The translations under genes and the position numbers were made by a program. The notes under the pieces were generated by a model that was not told where the DNA came from, searched no databases, and was given only the letters and a program-made list of their open reading frames with translations. Shown piece by piece: positions 13,776-25,921 of a DNA stretch of 64,000 nt (the first letter of the stretch is position 1; each line of letters begins with the position of its first letter). Location of the stretch: positions 12,276,001 through 12,340,000 of the forward strand of contig NC_043010.1 in assembly GCF_006345805.1 (NCBI RefSeq), given 5' to 3'. Source of the stretch: Octopus sinensis. Lineage: Eukaryota.

Positions 13776-16166
13776 TTGGACTGATGCAGGCATTTTCCCA
13801 GGTGATGTTAATGATGTCCATTCGACAGGTAGCTCCTGCTCTGGGCAGAAATCCCTTCTGGATCTCATTGATGGTGTACTGTGATGCACCCCTTCTTCAG
13901 GGTTCTGTGTTATAGCAAAAGGATTGTTGCTTTGAGATATCATTAGACATTTCTCTCGTCCTGGTTGCATGGCTGGATTCATTGCTGCTGTATGTAGCAT
14001 ATTTCTCCTTCTGTTACATCTCACTATACATATCGTTATTATAACAACTATAGCAATTGATATCACCACAGCCGTAACAACTATGATAATAACCAAGTTG
14101 ATATCTATCATGTCACTAGATTGGATGTGAGCAGCTGTCAACATTGGGGATGTTCTGTTGCTGACAGTTAGTGTTAAGGACAGTGTAGTGGTTGCGGACA
14201 GCACTGGGCTGCCACTGTCTTTCACAACTAACAGAAGGTTGTATGATCCAGCATCATTTTGGTAAACTTTTCGAGAAAATGATAACATTCCGGAGTAAGT
14301 ATTGACAGTAAATAACTGTTTCTCATTCCCAGAAATAATATTATACTTAAGGAAAGCATTTTCCCGACTGTCTCTATCTAAAGCTCTCAGGACTGTGATG
14401 TCATTCTTGCTTTGTGGGTGATAATGGACATCTAGGCTGAACGGGTTAACACTAGGAAATGTGAAGTAAGGTGCATTGTCATTCTCGTCCATGACTTCGA
14501 CAATAACATTTGCTGTGTTACTAAGAGATGGTGATCCGTTGTCTTTGACAATTACTTTAAATGAATAAGATTTGTGTTGTTCACGATCCAGGGATTTGAT
14601 TGTGGAAATAAAGCCATAATTTGTAATCTTGAAAGGTAATATCTGGTTTTTACCATTTTCCAAAGAATAAGCTAACTTACTGCCATCCCCTAGATCAGGA
14701 TCAGTCGCATTAATAAAACCAACGGGAAAATTTGATTTTTCATTTTCATAAGTAAGAAATTTAAAAGTGCTTTTTATAAATTGTGGTCTTACGTCATTAA
14801 CATCCATAACTTGAATAGAAAATTCTCTTTTAGTCTGTAATGGTGGACTGCCTGCATCTTCGCATGTGATTGACATGTCATAATGATCAGTTACTTCCCT
14901 GTTTACAGGTTTTTTCATAATTATTTTATATTCCTTTGAACCTAAATTCAAAAGCTGGAATTTATCATGGTTAAGACTGCAGCTAACTTCTCCGTTCTTG
15001 CCAACATCATTATCTATGACACTGACATAAGCAATAAAACTACCAACTTCAATCTTTTCAGAAATAGCAGCCAAATTTTCCTGCAGTTGTGAAACGAAAT
15101 TGATATCTAATTCAGGAGGTGTATTCTGTTGGTTAATCACATTTATTAAAACCATTGCAATGGAACTTAATGGAGGGTTTCCACCATCAGTCGCATCAAC
15201 AAACAGCTTATATGATTGTTTTTTACCCAAGTTTCTAATTCCTTGTGCATATATTTCCCCATTTTTTGTTAACTTGAATTTTTCTTTGGCAATTTCTGGC
15301 GTTTTGGAATTAAACTGATATGAAACATTACCATTATTGCCAGAATCTAAATCAGTTGCTGACAATACTAGTATAGGTACATTTGGAGGATGTGTGTTTT
15401 TTATAGAAATATTGTTCATACTATGAGAGAAAATAGGCCTATTGTCATTAATATCTGTTACAAATATCTGGACTTCTAAAATACCTATCTTTATTGGTGA
15501 TCCTTCATCTTTTGCAATTACCTGGAGTTTATATACATCTTTCACTTCTCTGTCTAAACTTTTTTCTAATACAATTCCAAGTTTTGATGTGCCAAATTCT
15601 TTTTCTGCTACAAAAAGTGTAAATGGTTCACCAGCACTTTTTCGTAAACGGTATGTGATCTTTGAGTTCAGAAGGCCAACATCTTTATCAACAGCATTTG
15701 GAATTGATTTCATTGTACCTTTCCTGTCTGTTTCAGAAAAATCTATTTTCACCAATTTTTTTGGAAAAGTTGGTTCGTTATCATTAACGTCCTTTATGAA
15801 AACACGTACTTTTAGTACTTTGATAAAAGTTTCTGCTTGTCGAACAGCAATTTTGATAGTTTTGAAACACTCCGTGTTGTACATACAGAGGTGCTCAGCA
15901 TCGATGAGCTGTGTTGTGTAAAGTTTTCCACTTCGAGTGACATTAAACAACGCTGTACTACTAGTTTGTCTTTGAGGCAGTTCATTAAATGTAATTTGAC
16001 TGTGGTCTTTAAGGAGCAAAATATGTATTTCCTGTGCATCGGTGGCAATGTCGCCTAAGTATGTCCCTGGTAGTTTGCCTTCCTCCACATAGTAAGTTAA
16101 GTCCACACTAGAACAACTGTGAAGGAAGGTAGAAACTACAAAAATATGGACAAACATATCCTCCAT
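13776..16166 (-). CDS. Pcdh: Protocadherin, large coding exon (aa 1-797): signal peptide, 6 extracellular cadherin repeats, transmembrane helix, proximal cytoplasmic tail
   Basis: 820-aa ORF 16166-13704. It has a hydrophobic N-terminus (MEDMFVHIFVVSTFLHSCSS), an EC1 start DLTYYVEEG, and cadherin Ca-binding motifs (DVNDNEPTF, AVDKD, LDRE, DINDNRPIF, ATDLD, DVNDVRPQF, ATDPD, DENDNAPYF). A TM segment LVIIIVVTAVVISIAIVVIITICIV (~14096-14023) is followed by RCNRRR. A phase-0 donor CAA|GTAAGT lies at 13776/13775; the last 23 ORF codons are probably intronic read-through. An acceptor (TTTC)n-TTTTCAG| lies at 16195/16194, 28 nt before the ATG. The paralog cannot be identified. Confidence 0.95.
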
Positions 16167-16351
16167 TAATTCTAAATCAAAATATTAAATGATTCTGAAA
16201 AGAAAGAAAGAAAGAAAAAAATTATAATCAGTCATCTGGAATTGTTTTAGTAATGATTAATCTTTAACCATTCTACTAATAAATAAATAATGGACCGTAG
16301 CAAAAGCATTATTATCAGATTAATTGATTCCAACTACACTATCCCACATAT

Positions 16352-16405
<54 letters not shown>

Positions 16406-16676
16406 GTATGTATATATAAATATACATATATATATATACACATATATACATAACTATATATAAGCATATATATATGTACATACATACATACATACATTAT
16501 ACATATAATTCATACATATACCATGTACATACATATAAATACAGTGTACATTTAAATACATAAGAGGCATCCATCATAGGAATCCTTGCATGCTAGACAG
16601 AACAGTTAAATTCCAAACCACTATTAGGGATAAAACTTTGAAGGGAAGGAAAAATAAAAACATTTACCATCTAAAT

Positions 16677-16744
16677 CCTGGACTATGGTTTCAGACTTTT
16701 TTAGCAAATAAAATAATTTGCTAGGCGAAGCCTTCTTCAGCAGG
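16677..16744 (-). ncRNA. Minimal type I hammerhead ribozyme motif (Penelope-like-element type)
   Basis: The minus strand reads CCUG-CUGAAGA-AGGCUU[cgcc UAGCAAAU uauuuu AUUUGCUA aaa]AAGUCU-GAAA-C cauaG-UC-CAGG. This gives a complete CUGANGA/GAAA core, a 4-bp stem I, a 6-bp stem II with an inner 8-bp hairpin, a 2-bp stem III and a GUC cleavage triplet. Folded by eye. Confidence 0.65.
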
Positions 16745-17155
16745 TACACCTTAGATTAAACATATATACATGAGGCAATCCAGTATATGCCCCGAGCTTA
16801 TACAGTCTAATTTTTCAAAATTTACCATGCAAATGATAAATATGTATACATAACGAACTCACCCAGCATTAGATGACATATGAGAATTCAACAATTCCTT
16901 ACCGAACAACTACATAGATGATTTGTTTATATAATGATCAAATGTTTGTGTAGTCATAAGCTCACTCTCTCCATCAAATCGACATTACCTGTACAGGTGC
17001 AACTGGGTGCCACATGTCAGAGGTTGAAATGGTCACAGAGCAATGTGAAATGAAGTGCTCTGCTCAAGAACACAAGGCATCGCCCGGTCTGGAAATTGAA
17101 CCCACAATGTCGCAATCATGAATGCAATGCTCTAACCACTAAGACACGCACCTTT

Positions 17156-17184
<29 letters not shown>

Positions 17185-17186
<2 letters not shown>

Positions 17187-17370
17187 AATTATTTGTGTAA
17201 TGAGATAAAAAACAAAGCAAGGCTGTATAGATATTAGAGCATTTATAGATAGAAGGTCTTACAGCTGTTTCTAGGATATCCTAGAAACAGCTGTAAGACC
17301 TTCTATCTATAAATGCTCTTATATCTATACAGTCTTGCTTTGTTTTTTATCTCATTACGCAAATAATTTA
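17185..17370. repeat. Spacer-less palindrome, 93-bp arms, 3 mismatches, flanked by (TA)n
   Basis: The centre CTAGGAT|ATCCTAG lies at 17277/17278 and the arms are colinear without indels. Confidence 0.92.
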
Positions 17371-18399
17371 TATATATATATATATACATATATATTTAAT
17401 ATGTATTATGAATGCTATTTAAATTTTTAAAAAGTTAAGAGTTTAGAATAATCTGTTCATCAAATATTAGTTATTGCTCTTATATAACTCTGGTTAAGCA
17501 GATCTATGATCAAGGGCATTCAAGGCATGGCCATCCATCTTTAAAGAGATATCTAAGACTACATCATTTACTATGTCTAGTATATCCTCTTTTTATTCTG
17601 TTGTTTATAGTTTGAGGGGGATTTGTTTGCTATTTCTAGAAGCTCTCACCAAACTTCGGTTGATTGGACTTGGTTGTTGCTTAGACCTAAGCCAACCCTG
17701 ACTGAGTAGATCTACATTCAAGTGTGTTCTATTCCACTAATGCACAACCTGACTGTTATTTCTAGGTGCTGATGTAGGAGTTGCCTTGTTTACTCACCTA
17801 AGTAGTTATTAGTTATGTGTGGAAGGAAAGAATAAAAATATGCTTAAAAATAGACCCTTAATATTATTTTCAAATTTTGGCACAATGCCAGAAATTTCAG
17901 GGCAGGGAGTAAGTCGGTTACATCAACCCCAGTACTCAACAGGTACTTGTTTCATCCACCACCTTAAAATAAATACTTAATATTGGTTTCAGATTTTAGC
18001 ACAAGGCCAGCTATTTCAGGGGTGGGAGTAAGTTGTTTACATCGACCCCCGCTGTTCAACTGGTAGTTATTTTATCGACTCTGAAAGGATGAAAGGCAAA
18101 GTCAACCTCGGGGACATTTGCACTTAGAACATAAAGACAGACGAAATGCCACTAAGAATTTCGCTTGGTGTGCAAACAATTCTGCCGGCTCGCCACCTTA
18201 ATGCAGACACTTAATATCAATAAAAAGAAAATATTGGTTGAAATCTCACTGCTGAAATCTATCGAACACAAGACATTATCAAAGAAAGAAATAAAGAAAA
18301 TATAATCAGCAAAAGCGTTAGACATGAGTTAAAAATATTACATTAAGAACACTGCAGCATTAAAGTAAAGACAAATTTATTCTTCAAGCATAATTCACA

Positions 18400-18570
18400 T
18401 ATTAAAATCTCCAGTCATTATTAACCTATGGCAAAAGTTAATCCAATGGAAAATCCACCCCGGTGTAGCAGCTGGTGGTGCAATATTTGCTGATGACTTA
18501 TTAATATTGACTGTTCGGTCAATGGGAATGAAGCGGTGAGAAATGTCGTGATAAAAGTGGTAAAGACAAT
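18400..18570 (-). mobile_element. Degenerate LINE AP-endonuclease fragment
   Basis: The minus strand reads ..APPAATPGWIFHWINFCHRLIMTGDFNM, which contains the 'I.GDFN' APE motif. Confidence 0.45.
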
Positions 18571-18814
18571 CAATGAAAGTAAAGTTGTAACATGTAACAA
18601 TAGTTAGAACTGCAGAGAAACAGGCTTAGACATACAAAAGTTTGAATGATTGGAAAGTAAATACAGATTTATCATACAGTTGAAGAATGAGACCAGGGTT
18701 CAGGGAATTGAATGACAAACATAGATTTATTGTACAGTAGTAGATTAGAAAGTCAATATTCATAGAGAGAATAATGGTAAATAGGTAAATCTAGAATGTT
18801 AGAATGGAGAAGGT

Positions 18815-19520
18815 ATGTGGCTAAGAAGTTTGTTCATTTTGTAACCCCCATGTGGTTCTAGGATACTGGGTTCGAGTACTGTACAGGGTACCTTGGGCAA
18901 ATGTCTTGTTATAGTGTCAAGTTGACCAGTTGTCTTGTGATAAAAAATTTGGTGGATCGAAACTAGAATTTGATCATAAATACATTTACAAAGAAAGATG
19001 CAAGTGTGGCTGTGTGGTAAGAAGTTTGCTTCTCAGCCACATGGTTCTGGGTTCAGTCCCATTGTGTGGCACTTCGGGAAAATGTCTTGCTGACCTATAC
19101 CTTTTGAATGGATTTGGTAGATGTTAACTGAAGGAAGCACATCATATATATATATATATATTTATATATATACATTTATATATATATATTTATATGTACA
19201 CATATACATTTTTATTTATATATTTGCATGTATATTTATATATCTGTGTGCTGTGTGTGTATCTATGTATGCTTGTTTGTTGTATATATAGCTATGTACA
19301 TGTATCTTTGTGTTAATGCTTGTCCTCCCCCACTGTGTGAAACTGGTGTTGGTTTATTTATGTCCCCCATAACTTAGCTGTTTGGCAAAAGAGCCTAATA
19401 GAATAAGTACCAGGCCAACAAAAATATAAGTAATGGAGTCAATTCGTTTGACTAAAACCCTTTAAAGTAGTGCCCTTGCATGGGCACACTTCAATGACTG
19501 AAACAAGTAAAAGATAATAC
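18815..19520 (+). mobile_element. Old SINE family A copy with duplicated head
   Basis: Diverged A/B-box heads at ~18815 and ~19005; the 3' domain runs to ~19520. Confidence 0.7.
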
Positions 19521-20158
19521 ATGTACATACAAGTGAGTGCTTGTGTGTGTGTGTGTGTGTGTCTGTGTTTCTTCGTCTTGACATCATGTGTTTGTTGTAA
19601 ACGAGTGTCACTGCCAAACAAGCAGTGTCGTTCATTCCCAGTATTCTGTGAGAACATGTCTGACCATGGGGAAACATTACTTCGCTTGAAAACAGGTGAA
19701 GGTTGGTGAATGGAAGAGCTTCCAGCTGTAGAAAGCCCACAGCGAACTCTGTTCATCTGACCCATGCTAAATGATGATGATGATGACGATGGGTGTATGT
19801 GTGTGTGTTTGTGTGCATGTGTCTGTGCTTGTGTTGGTGAGTGTGTGGGTGTGGTTGAATGTGGGTGTGTACTGACATTTATTCTTTTATGTCAAAAGAT
19901 AACCAAGCCATTCAATAATTAAAGATTGATAAAGACTTACTAAGGTCAATACGCTGAACTGCGAAAGGCCCCTTGAAGTTCATGCCCCATCATGACCACA
20001 GTCCAATAAAGGAGTGAATGAATATATTCTTTAATATTTTATCATTTTATTGATCTCTATCTGGGAAATGGCTTAGTCATTATTTAGTCATAAGCAAGTC
20101 ATAAAGGAATATAACACGATCTACTAATTCACACTTGTAAACAACATGGGGAGAGGCA

Positions 20159-20170
20159 CACATCATATAT

Positions 20171-20229
<59 letters not shown>

Positions 20230-20309
20230 CATATATATATATATATACATACCTATATATATATATATATATATATATACACAATATATATATATATATA
20301 TATACTACA

Positions 20310-20344
<35 letters not shown>

Positions 20345-20464
20345 CATACATGCATATATATATATTATAATACATACATATATATATATACATACATATA
20401 TATATATACATACATATATATATATATATCATACATATATATACATACATATATATTACATACA

Positions 20465-20495
<31 letters not shown>

Positions 20496-20680
20496 TATAT
20501 ACTACATATATATATATATATAGTATACATATAATGTAGATATAATGTATATATATATTTACATACAAATACATACATACATGCACACACACACACATAT
20601 ATATATATAAAATGTATAAATATATATATGTACATATAAATCTGTCTATCTATCTGTCAATATATATATATATATACATA
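20159..20680. repeat. Complex (TA)n/(TACA)n microsatellite
   Basis: Direct inspection. Similar tracts lie at 22330-22870, 26400-26850, 46200-48000 and 59750-60300. Confidence 0.95.
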
Positions 20681-21075
20681 CATCATCATCATCATCATCG
20701 TTTAACGTCCACTTTCCATGCTGGCATGGGTTGGACAGTTTGACTGAGGACTGGCAAGCCAGATCGCTACATCATATATATATATATATTAACACTCAGA
20801 GACATATATAATGTTATTGTCTTCACGCTAATGTTTATTTTCCCATGCTCACATAGACCAGGCAAATTTTCTACAGGCTGATGCCTTTCCATTGTGAAGC
20901 CTCGTCTGTTTCATGCAAGGTATTATTTCTCATAGGCAGAATATAGGAAAGGAACAACACTGCTTCTATGAAAGTGATATTCATTTACAGTTCTTATGTA
21001 ATGTAAAGACATGGAGACAAGCATACACATACTCACTCACACACACACACGGATGCACACACATATACACATGTA

Positions 21076-21790
21076 CAGGGTATGTTGAATAAACTGTTGT
21101 TTAAATTATGCAAAAATGAAAATAACACTGACATCTCATTTTAACAGATATATTTACCAAAATTACATGAAAATATTTTGAAATACTAAAGGGTAAATTA
21201 ATTCAATAAAATCGTCATTGGCTTCAACCACGGCCTCCACATGACTTTGGCATCTCCTGCAGCTCTTTTGGATGGTCTCCTTGTTTAAGTTGGTGAATGC
21301 TGCAATGATCTTTGCCTTCAGTTCATCTTTGCTGCTACAAAGAGCTTTGCTGGTCTCTCACTCAACTGCGCACCCCCACCACATAGTAATCAAGGGGGTT
21401 GCAGTCTGTGGAGTTAGGTGGCGAGATGTTAGAGGTGATGGGGTCGCAGAAATTGTTTGACAGCCATGACTGGGTTCTCCTACTTGTGCGGCATAGTACA
21501 AAGTCCTGTTGCCAGACATAGGGTCTTCCAACAGCCATCCTCTTGACCCAGAGCAGCTCTACCTTCTCCAGATACCTGATGTTGACTGGATGTTTGATTT
21601 TTTATCACACTTGGTACATGTCCACAGATTGCACTGTCCTCAGATTAACACCCAAACACACTGAAATGTTTTTATTGGAGCTTCCAGCATGAATGCCAAG
21701 CAGTACAGCATGTCATTTCCAAATTTCTGGCAGAGTGAATTGTGCCATGGTGCTGTTTTTCTCACAGGTGTCCAACTGACCCTACTATAC
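21076..21790 (-). mobile_element. Decayed, internally deleted Tc1/mariner-superfamily transposon
   Basis: Minus-strand translation gives WQQD..TSRRTQSWL..PPNSTDCNPLDYYVW..KDELKAKIIAAFTNL, the C-terminal catalytic region, with stops and frameshifts. A TA|CAGGGT terminus lies at 21074-21081. Confidence 0.8.
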
Positions 21791-21881
21791 TGTGTAGTCA
21801 ACAAAATCAAAAACAAGCAATACACATGCACGAAATAAAAAATATACAAAGGAGACAATTTACCCATCACATGCTGATGTA

Positions 21882-21923
<42 letters not shown>

Positions 21924-22388
21924 TTTATAAGGGCAAGTGTCTTCTATAGCCTCAGGCCAACCAAAGTCTTGTGAGCGGATTTGGTAGACAGAAACTGGAA
22001 GAGGCCCATCATACGTACACACACACAAACATATATATATATATATTTATATATATGTATATATATATATTTATAATGTATATATATATATTTATAATGT
22101 ATATATCTATGTCTTTGTGTCTTCGTGTTTGTCTCCCATTACCACTTAATAACCAGTGTGTTTACATTCCCATAACTTAGCAGTTTGACAAAAAAGACCG
22201 ATAGAATAAGTACTAAACTTTAAAAAAAAAGTCCTGTGATTGATGTGTTCAACTAAGATAAATCTTTCAAGGCAGTGCTCCAGCATGGCTGCAGTCACAT
22301 GACCGGAACAAGTAAAAGAATAAAAGATATATATATATGTATTATATATACATATATATATATGATATATAATATATGTATATGTATA

Positions 22389-22421
<33 letters not shown>

Positions 22422-22462
22422 TGTATAATGTATATATATATTATATATGTAATATATATAAT

Positions 22463-22500
<38 letters not shown>

Positions 22501-22683
22501 GGTGCCCCAGCATGGCCACAGCTCATGAGCTGAAACTAGAATCAATCAATCAATCAATCATATATGTATATATATATTATATATATATATAATGTATATA
22601 TATATATATATGTATATATATATACATATATAGAATGTATATATATATAACATGTATATATATATACAGTATATATATATATT

Positions 22684-22718
<35 letters not shown>

Positions 22719-22733
22719 GTATATATATATATG

Positions 22734-22813
<80 letters not shown>

Positions 22814-23663
22814 TGTGTGTGTATGTATACATATATATATTGTGTATATATATATATGTATATACATTTGCAGACATTAGTTTCTTAATGTAAGGTTGTT
22901 GGTGTCATAAATGTAAGAATCTTTTGGAAGTAGATTGGAAAGCACAAATAGGCATTTAGTGTAAGCATATAAAGAGAATTCTATAAATATGGTTACTTTG
23001 AGTATCAAGTTGTTGGCAGCAACCTTGAGCATTAGTGCTACATATAGTTAAACTTCAGCAGACTGGATTTTTTTTGCTGATATGAAAATGGAGGCACAAT
23101 CACTGATTCCATTGAAGCTAGATCTATTTCTATTTAGGTTTAAAAGAAAGTTGCTTATTGATTGACAGTCAGGTTTGATTCTGACTCAGTGTATTCTTGT
23201 ATCAGAGATTCTTTGATTAAATAGAAGTTGTTTATAGAATTATTTAACTGTACAGTAATTTTGTGAAAAGTGATAGAATGGTAAAAAGGCTGGTAAAAGA
23301 CGGAGTAAGTGCTAGCTCATGTAATTTAGTGATTCAAATAATTTTGATTAGTTAAAGTTTACTTTCCAATGAAGAGATGGAAATGACATTTAACCCAATG
23401 GCTAACGGTAATGAAACGTAATTAAGGTAAAGGAAGATAACTCTGAAAATTTAATTAATTCAAATATGAATAAGCCAGTAGTAACAGTAATTGATATGAA
23501 AACATTAGTTAGCTCTTCTGTTTCCAAGCAAGGTAATATCTCCCTATGGTCAGTTATGTTTTCACCAAAAACTGGAAAAAAAAATAGACTACTTCTGTAA
23601 TGGTGTTGGTCATTTTACAAGCATTATGTAATGTCAAGGCAAGGAAACACAGACACACATATC

Positions 23664-23698
<35 letters not shown>

Positions 23699-23742
23699 AC
23701 ATACACACACACAACACAACACAACACACACACACATATATA

Positions 23743-23783
<41 letters not shown>

Positions 23784-23984
23784 ATGTATTATGCATTTAT
23801 ATGTACATCAAGTCCTAGAAAGCATGCCAAGTCAGACTGGAACTGGTAAGCTATCTGGTTTACCAGTTCCAATCAAACAATCTAACCCATACCAGCATGA
23901 AAAGTGAATGCTAAATGATGAGGATGATGATGGTGATATATATATATATATATAATATATATATATAACCCCTGATGCGTTTGG

Positions 23985-24556
23985 TGATATGATATGTTTG
24001 AGAAGACCTGTTGAGTCAAGTAAAACCAAAACCAAAATCATAGCTGTGGCCAGTGCCCCCAGATTGCTCGCGTGCCAGTGGCATGTAAAAAGCACCAATC
24101 GAATGCAGCTGGTACCAATACCCCCATAATGGCACATAAAAAGCACCATCCAAACGTGGCCAATGCCAGAACCCGCTGACTGGCTCCTGTGCCAGTGGCA
24201 TGTAAAAAACAGTATCTGAATGTGATCGATGTTAGGACTGTCTGACAGGCACGTAAAAAGCAATCTCTGAATGTGGCTGATGCCAGTAGCCCCAACTGTC
24301 TCCTGTATCAGTGGCACATAAAAAGCACTATCCAAATGTGATCGATGCCAGGCCTGCCTGACTGGCTCCTGTGCCGGTGGCACATAAAAAGCACACACTA
24401 CACTCTCAGAGCAGTTGGCATTAGGAAGGGTAACCAGCTGTAGAAACATTGCTAGATCAGATTGGAGCCTGGTGTAGCCGCTGGCTCTACAGACCTCAGG
24501 CAAACCGTCCAACCCATGCCAACATTAAAAAAGCGGACGTTAAACGATGATGATGA
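23985..24556 (+). mobile_element. Retroposon family E with (GAT)n tail and six internal ~58-bp subrepeats
   Basis: It ends CCAACCCATGC..GCGGACGTTAAACGATGATG. Homologues lie at 40912-41140, 51583-51950 and 55141-55510 (all -), with short 3' ends at ~20684, ~23860 and ~28968. Confidence 0.8.
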
Positions 24557-24589
24557 TATATATATATGTATATATTATATATATATATA

Positions 24590-24820
24590 GGTGGCGAGCT
24601 GGCAGAATTGTTAGCAATCCGGGTGAAATGCTTTGCGGTATTTCGTCCACCACTGCGTTCTGAGTTCCAATTACACTGCAGTCGACTTTACCTTTCATCC
24701 TTTCGGGGTCGATAAATTAAGTACCAGTTACACACTGGGGTCGATGTAATAGATTTAATCCGTTTGTCTGTCCTTGTTTGTTCCCTCTGTGTTTAGCCCC
24801 TTGTGGGTAGCAAAGAAATA
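24590..24820 (+). mobile_element. SINE family B
   Basis: Homology to the 31878 copy. Confidence 0.88.
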
Positions 24821-24894
24821 TATATATATATATATATAATATATGTATAAACGATGATGATGACATGGATGGATGGATGTATATATGTATCTTT

Positions 24895-25921
24895 TGTCTT
24901 TTACTTGTTCCAGACATTTGATAGCAGCCATGCTGGAGCACTGCCCTGAAGAGTTTTAGTCAAACAAATAAACTCCAGTACTAATTTTTTAAGCCTACTA
25001 CATATTCTATTGGTCTCTTTTAGCGAACTGCTAGGTTATGGGGTTGTAAACAGCACACCAACATCAGTTACCAAGTGGTGGTGGGGACAAACACAGACAC
25101 AAAAGCACGCAAACACAGACACGCATGTGCTCACACACACACACATACATGGGTTTCTTTCGGTTTCCATCTACCAAATTCACTCACAAAGCTTTGGTTG
25201 GTCTGAGGCTATAGTGGAAGACACTTGCCCAAAGGGCCCCATAGTGGGACTGAACCCAGAACCATGTGGTTGGAAAGCAAACACAGCCATGTCTGCACCT
25301 GTGAGTGATGACCTTCTTGCAGGTTCCGTTTACCAAGTTCACTCACAAGGTTTTGATCGGCCTGGAGCTGTAGCAGAAGACACTTGCCCAAGGTGTCCTG
25401 CAGTGTGGACTGAACCCAAAACCATGTGGTAAGAAAGCAAGCTTCTTAACCACACAACCATGGACAGACAACTAAATAAAATAAATGAATAAATAAATAG
25501 ACAAATAAATAAATAAGCCTAAAAAGAGAATACAAAGGCGCAGGATTGGCTGTGTGGTAAGTAGCTTGCTTATCAACCACATGGTTCCGGGTTCAGTCCC
25601 ACTGAGTGGCACCTTGGGCAAGTGTCTTCTACTATAGCTGTGGGCCGACCAAAGCCTTGTGAGTGGATTTGGTAGACGGAAACTGAAAGAAGCCTGTCGT
25701 ATATATGTATATATGTATGTGTTTGTCCACCCCCTAGCATTGCTTGATAACCTATGCTGGTGTGTTTACGTCCCCGTAACTTAGCGGTTCGACAAAAGAG
25801 ACCAATAGAATAGGTACTAGGCTTACAAAGAATAAGTCCTGGAGTCGATTTGCTCGACTAAAGGCGGTGCTCCAGTATGGCCGGAGTCAAGTGACTGAAA
25901 CAAGTGAAAGAGTAAAAGAGT
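24895..25921. mobile_element. Head-to-head SINE family A copies (old minus-strand 24895-25460; younger plus-strand 25537-25921)
   Basis: Homology to family A. Confidence 0.85.

Noticed and set aside
15100-16058. Plus-strand ORFs (72, 159 and 73 aa) overlapping the protocadherin
   Set aside because: They are antisense shadows of the coding exon.
20129-22888. Many 60-210 aa ORFs of YI/HT/CV/VCMY repeats (also at 473, 1585, 26317, 42913, 46201-48093 and 59758)
   Set aside because: These are translations of (TA)n, (CA)n and (TATG)n microsatellites, which lack stop codons.
24050-24410. Repeat-spacer-like array resembling CRISPR
   Set aside because: This is a eukaryotic retroposon; the 'spacers' are homologous to each other, the units are degenerate and no cas genes are present.
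23832-24512. 226-aa minus-strand ORF
   Set aside because: It lies entirely in the antisense strand of retroposon family E subrepeats.
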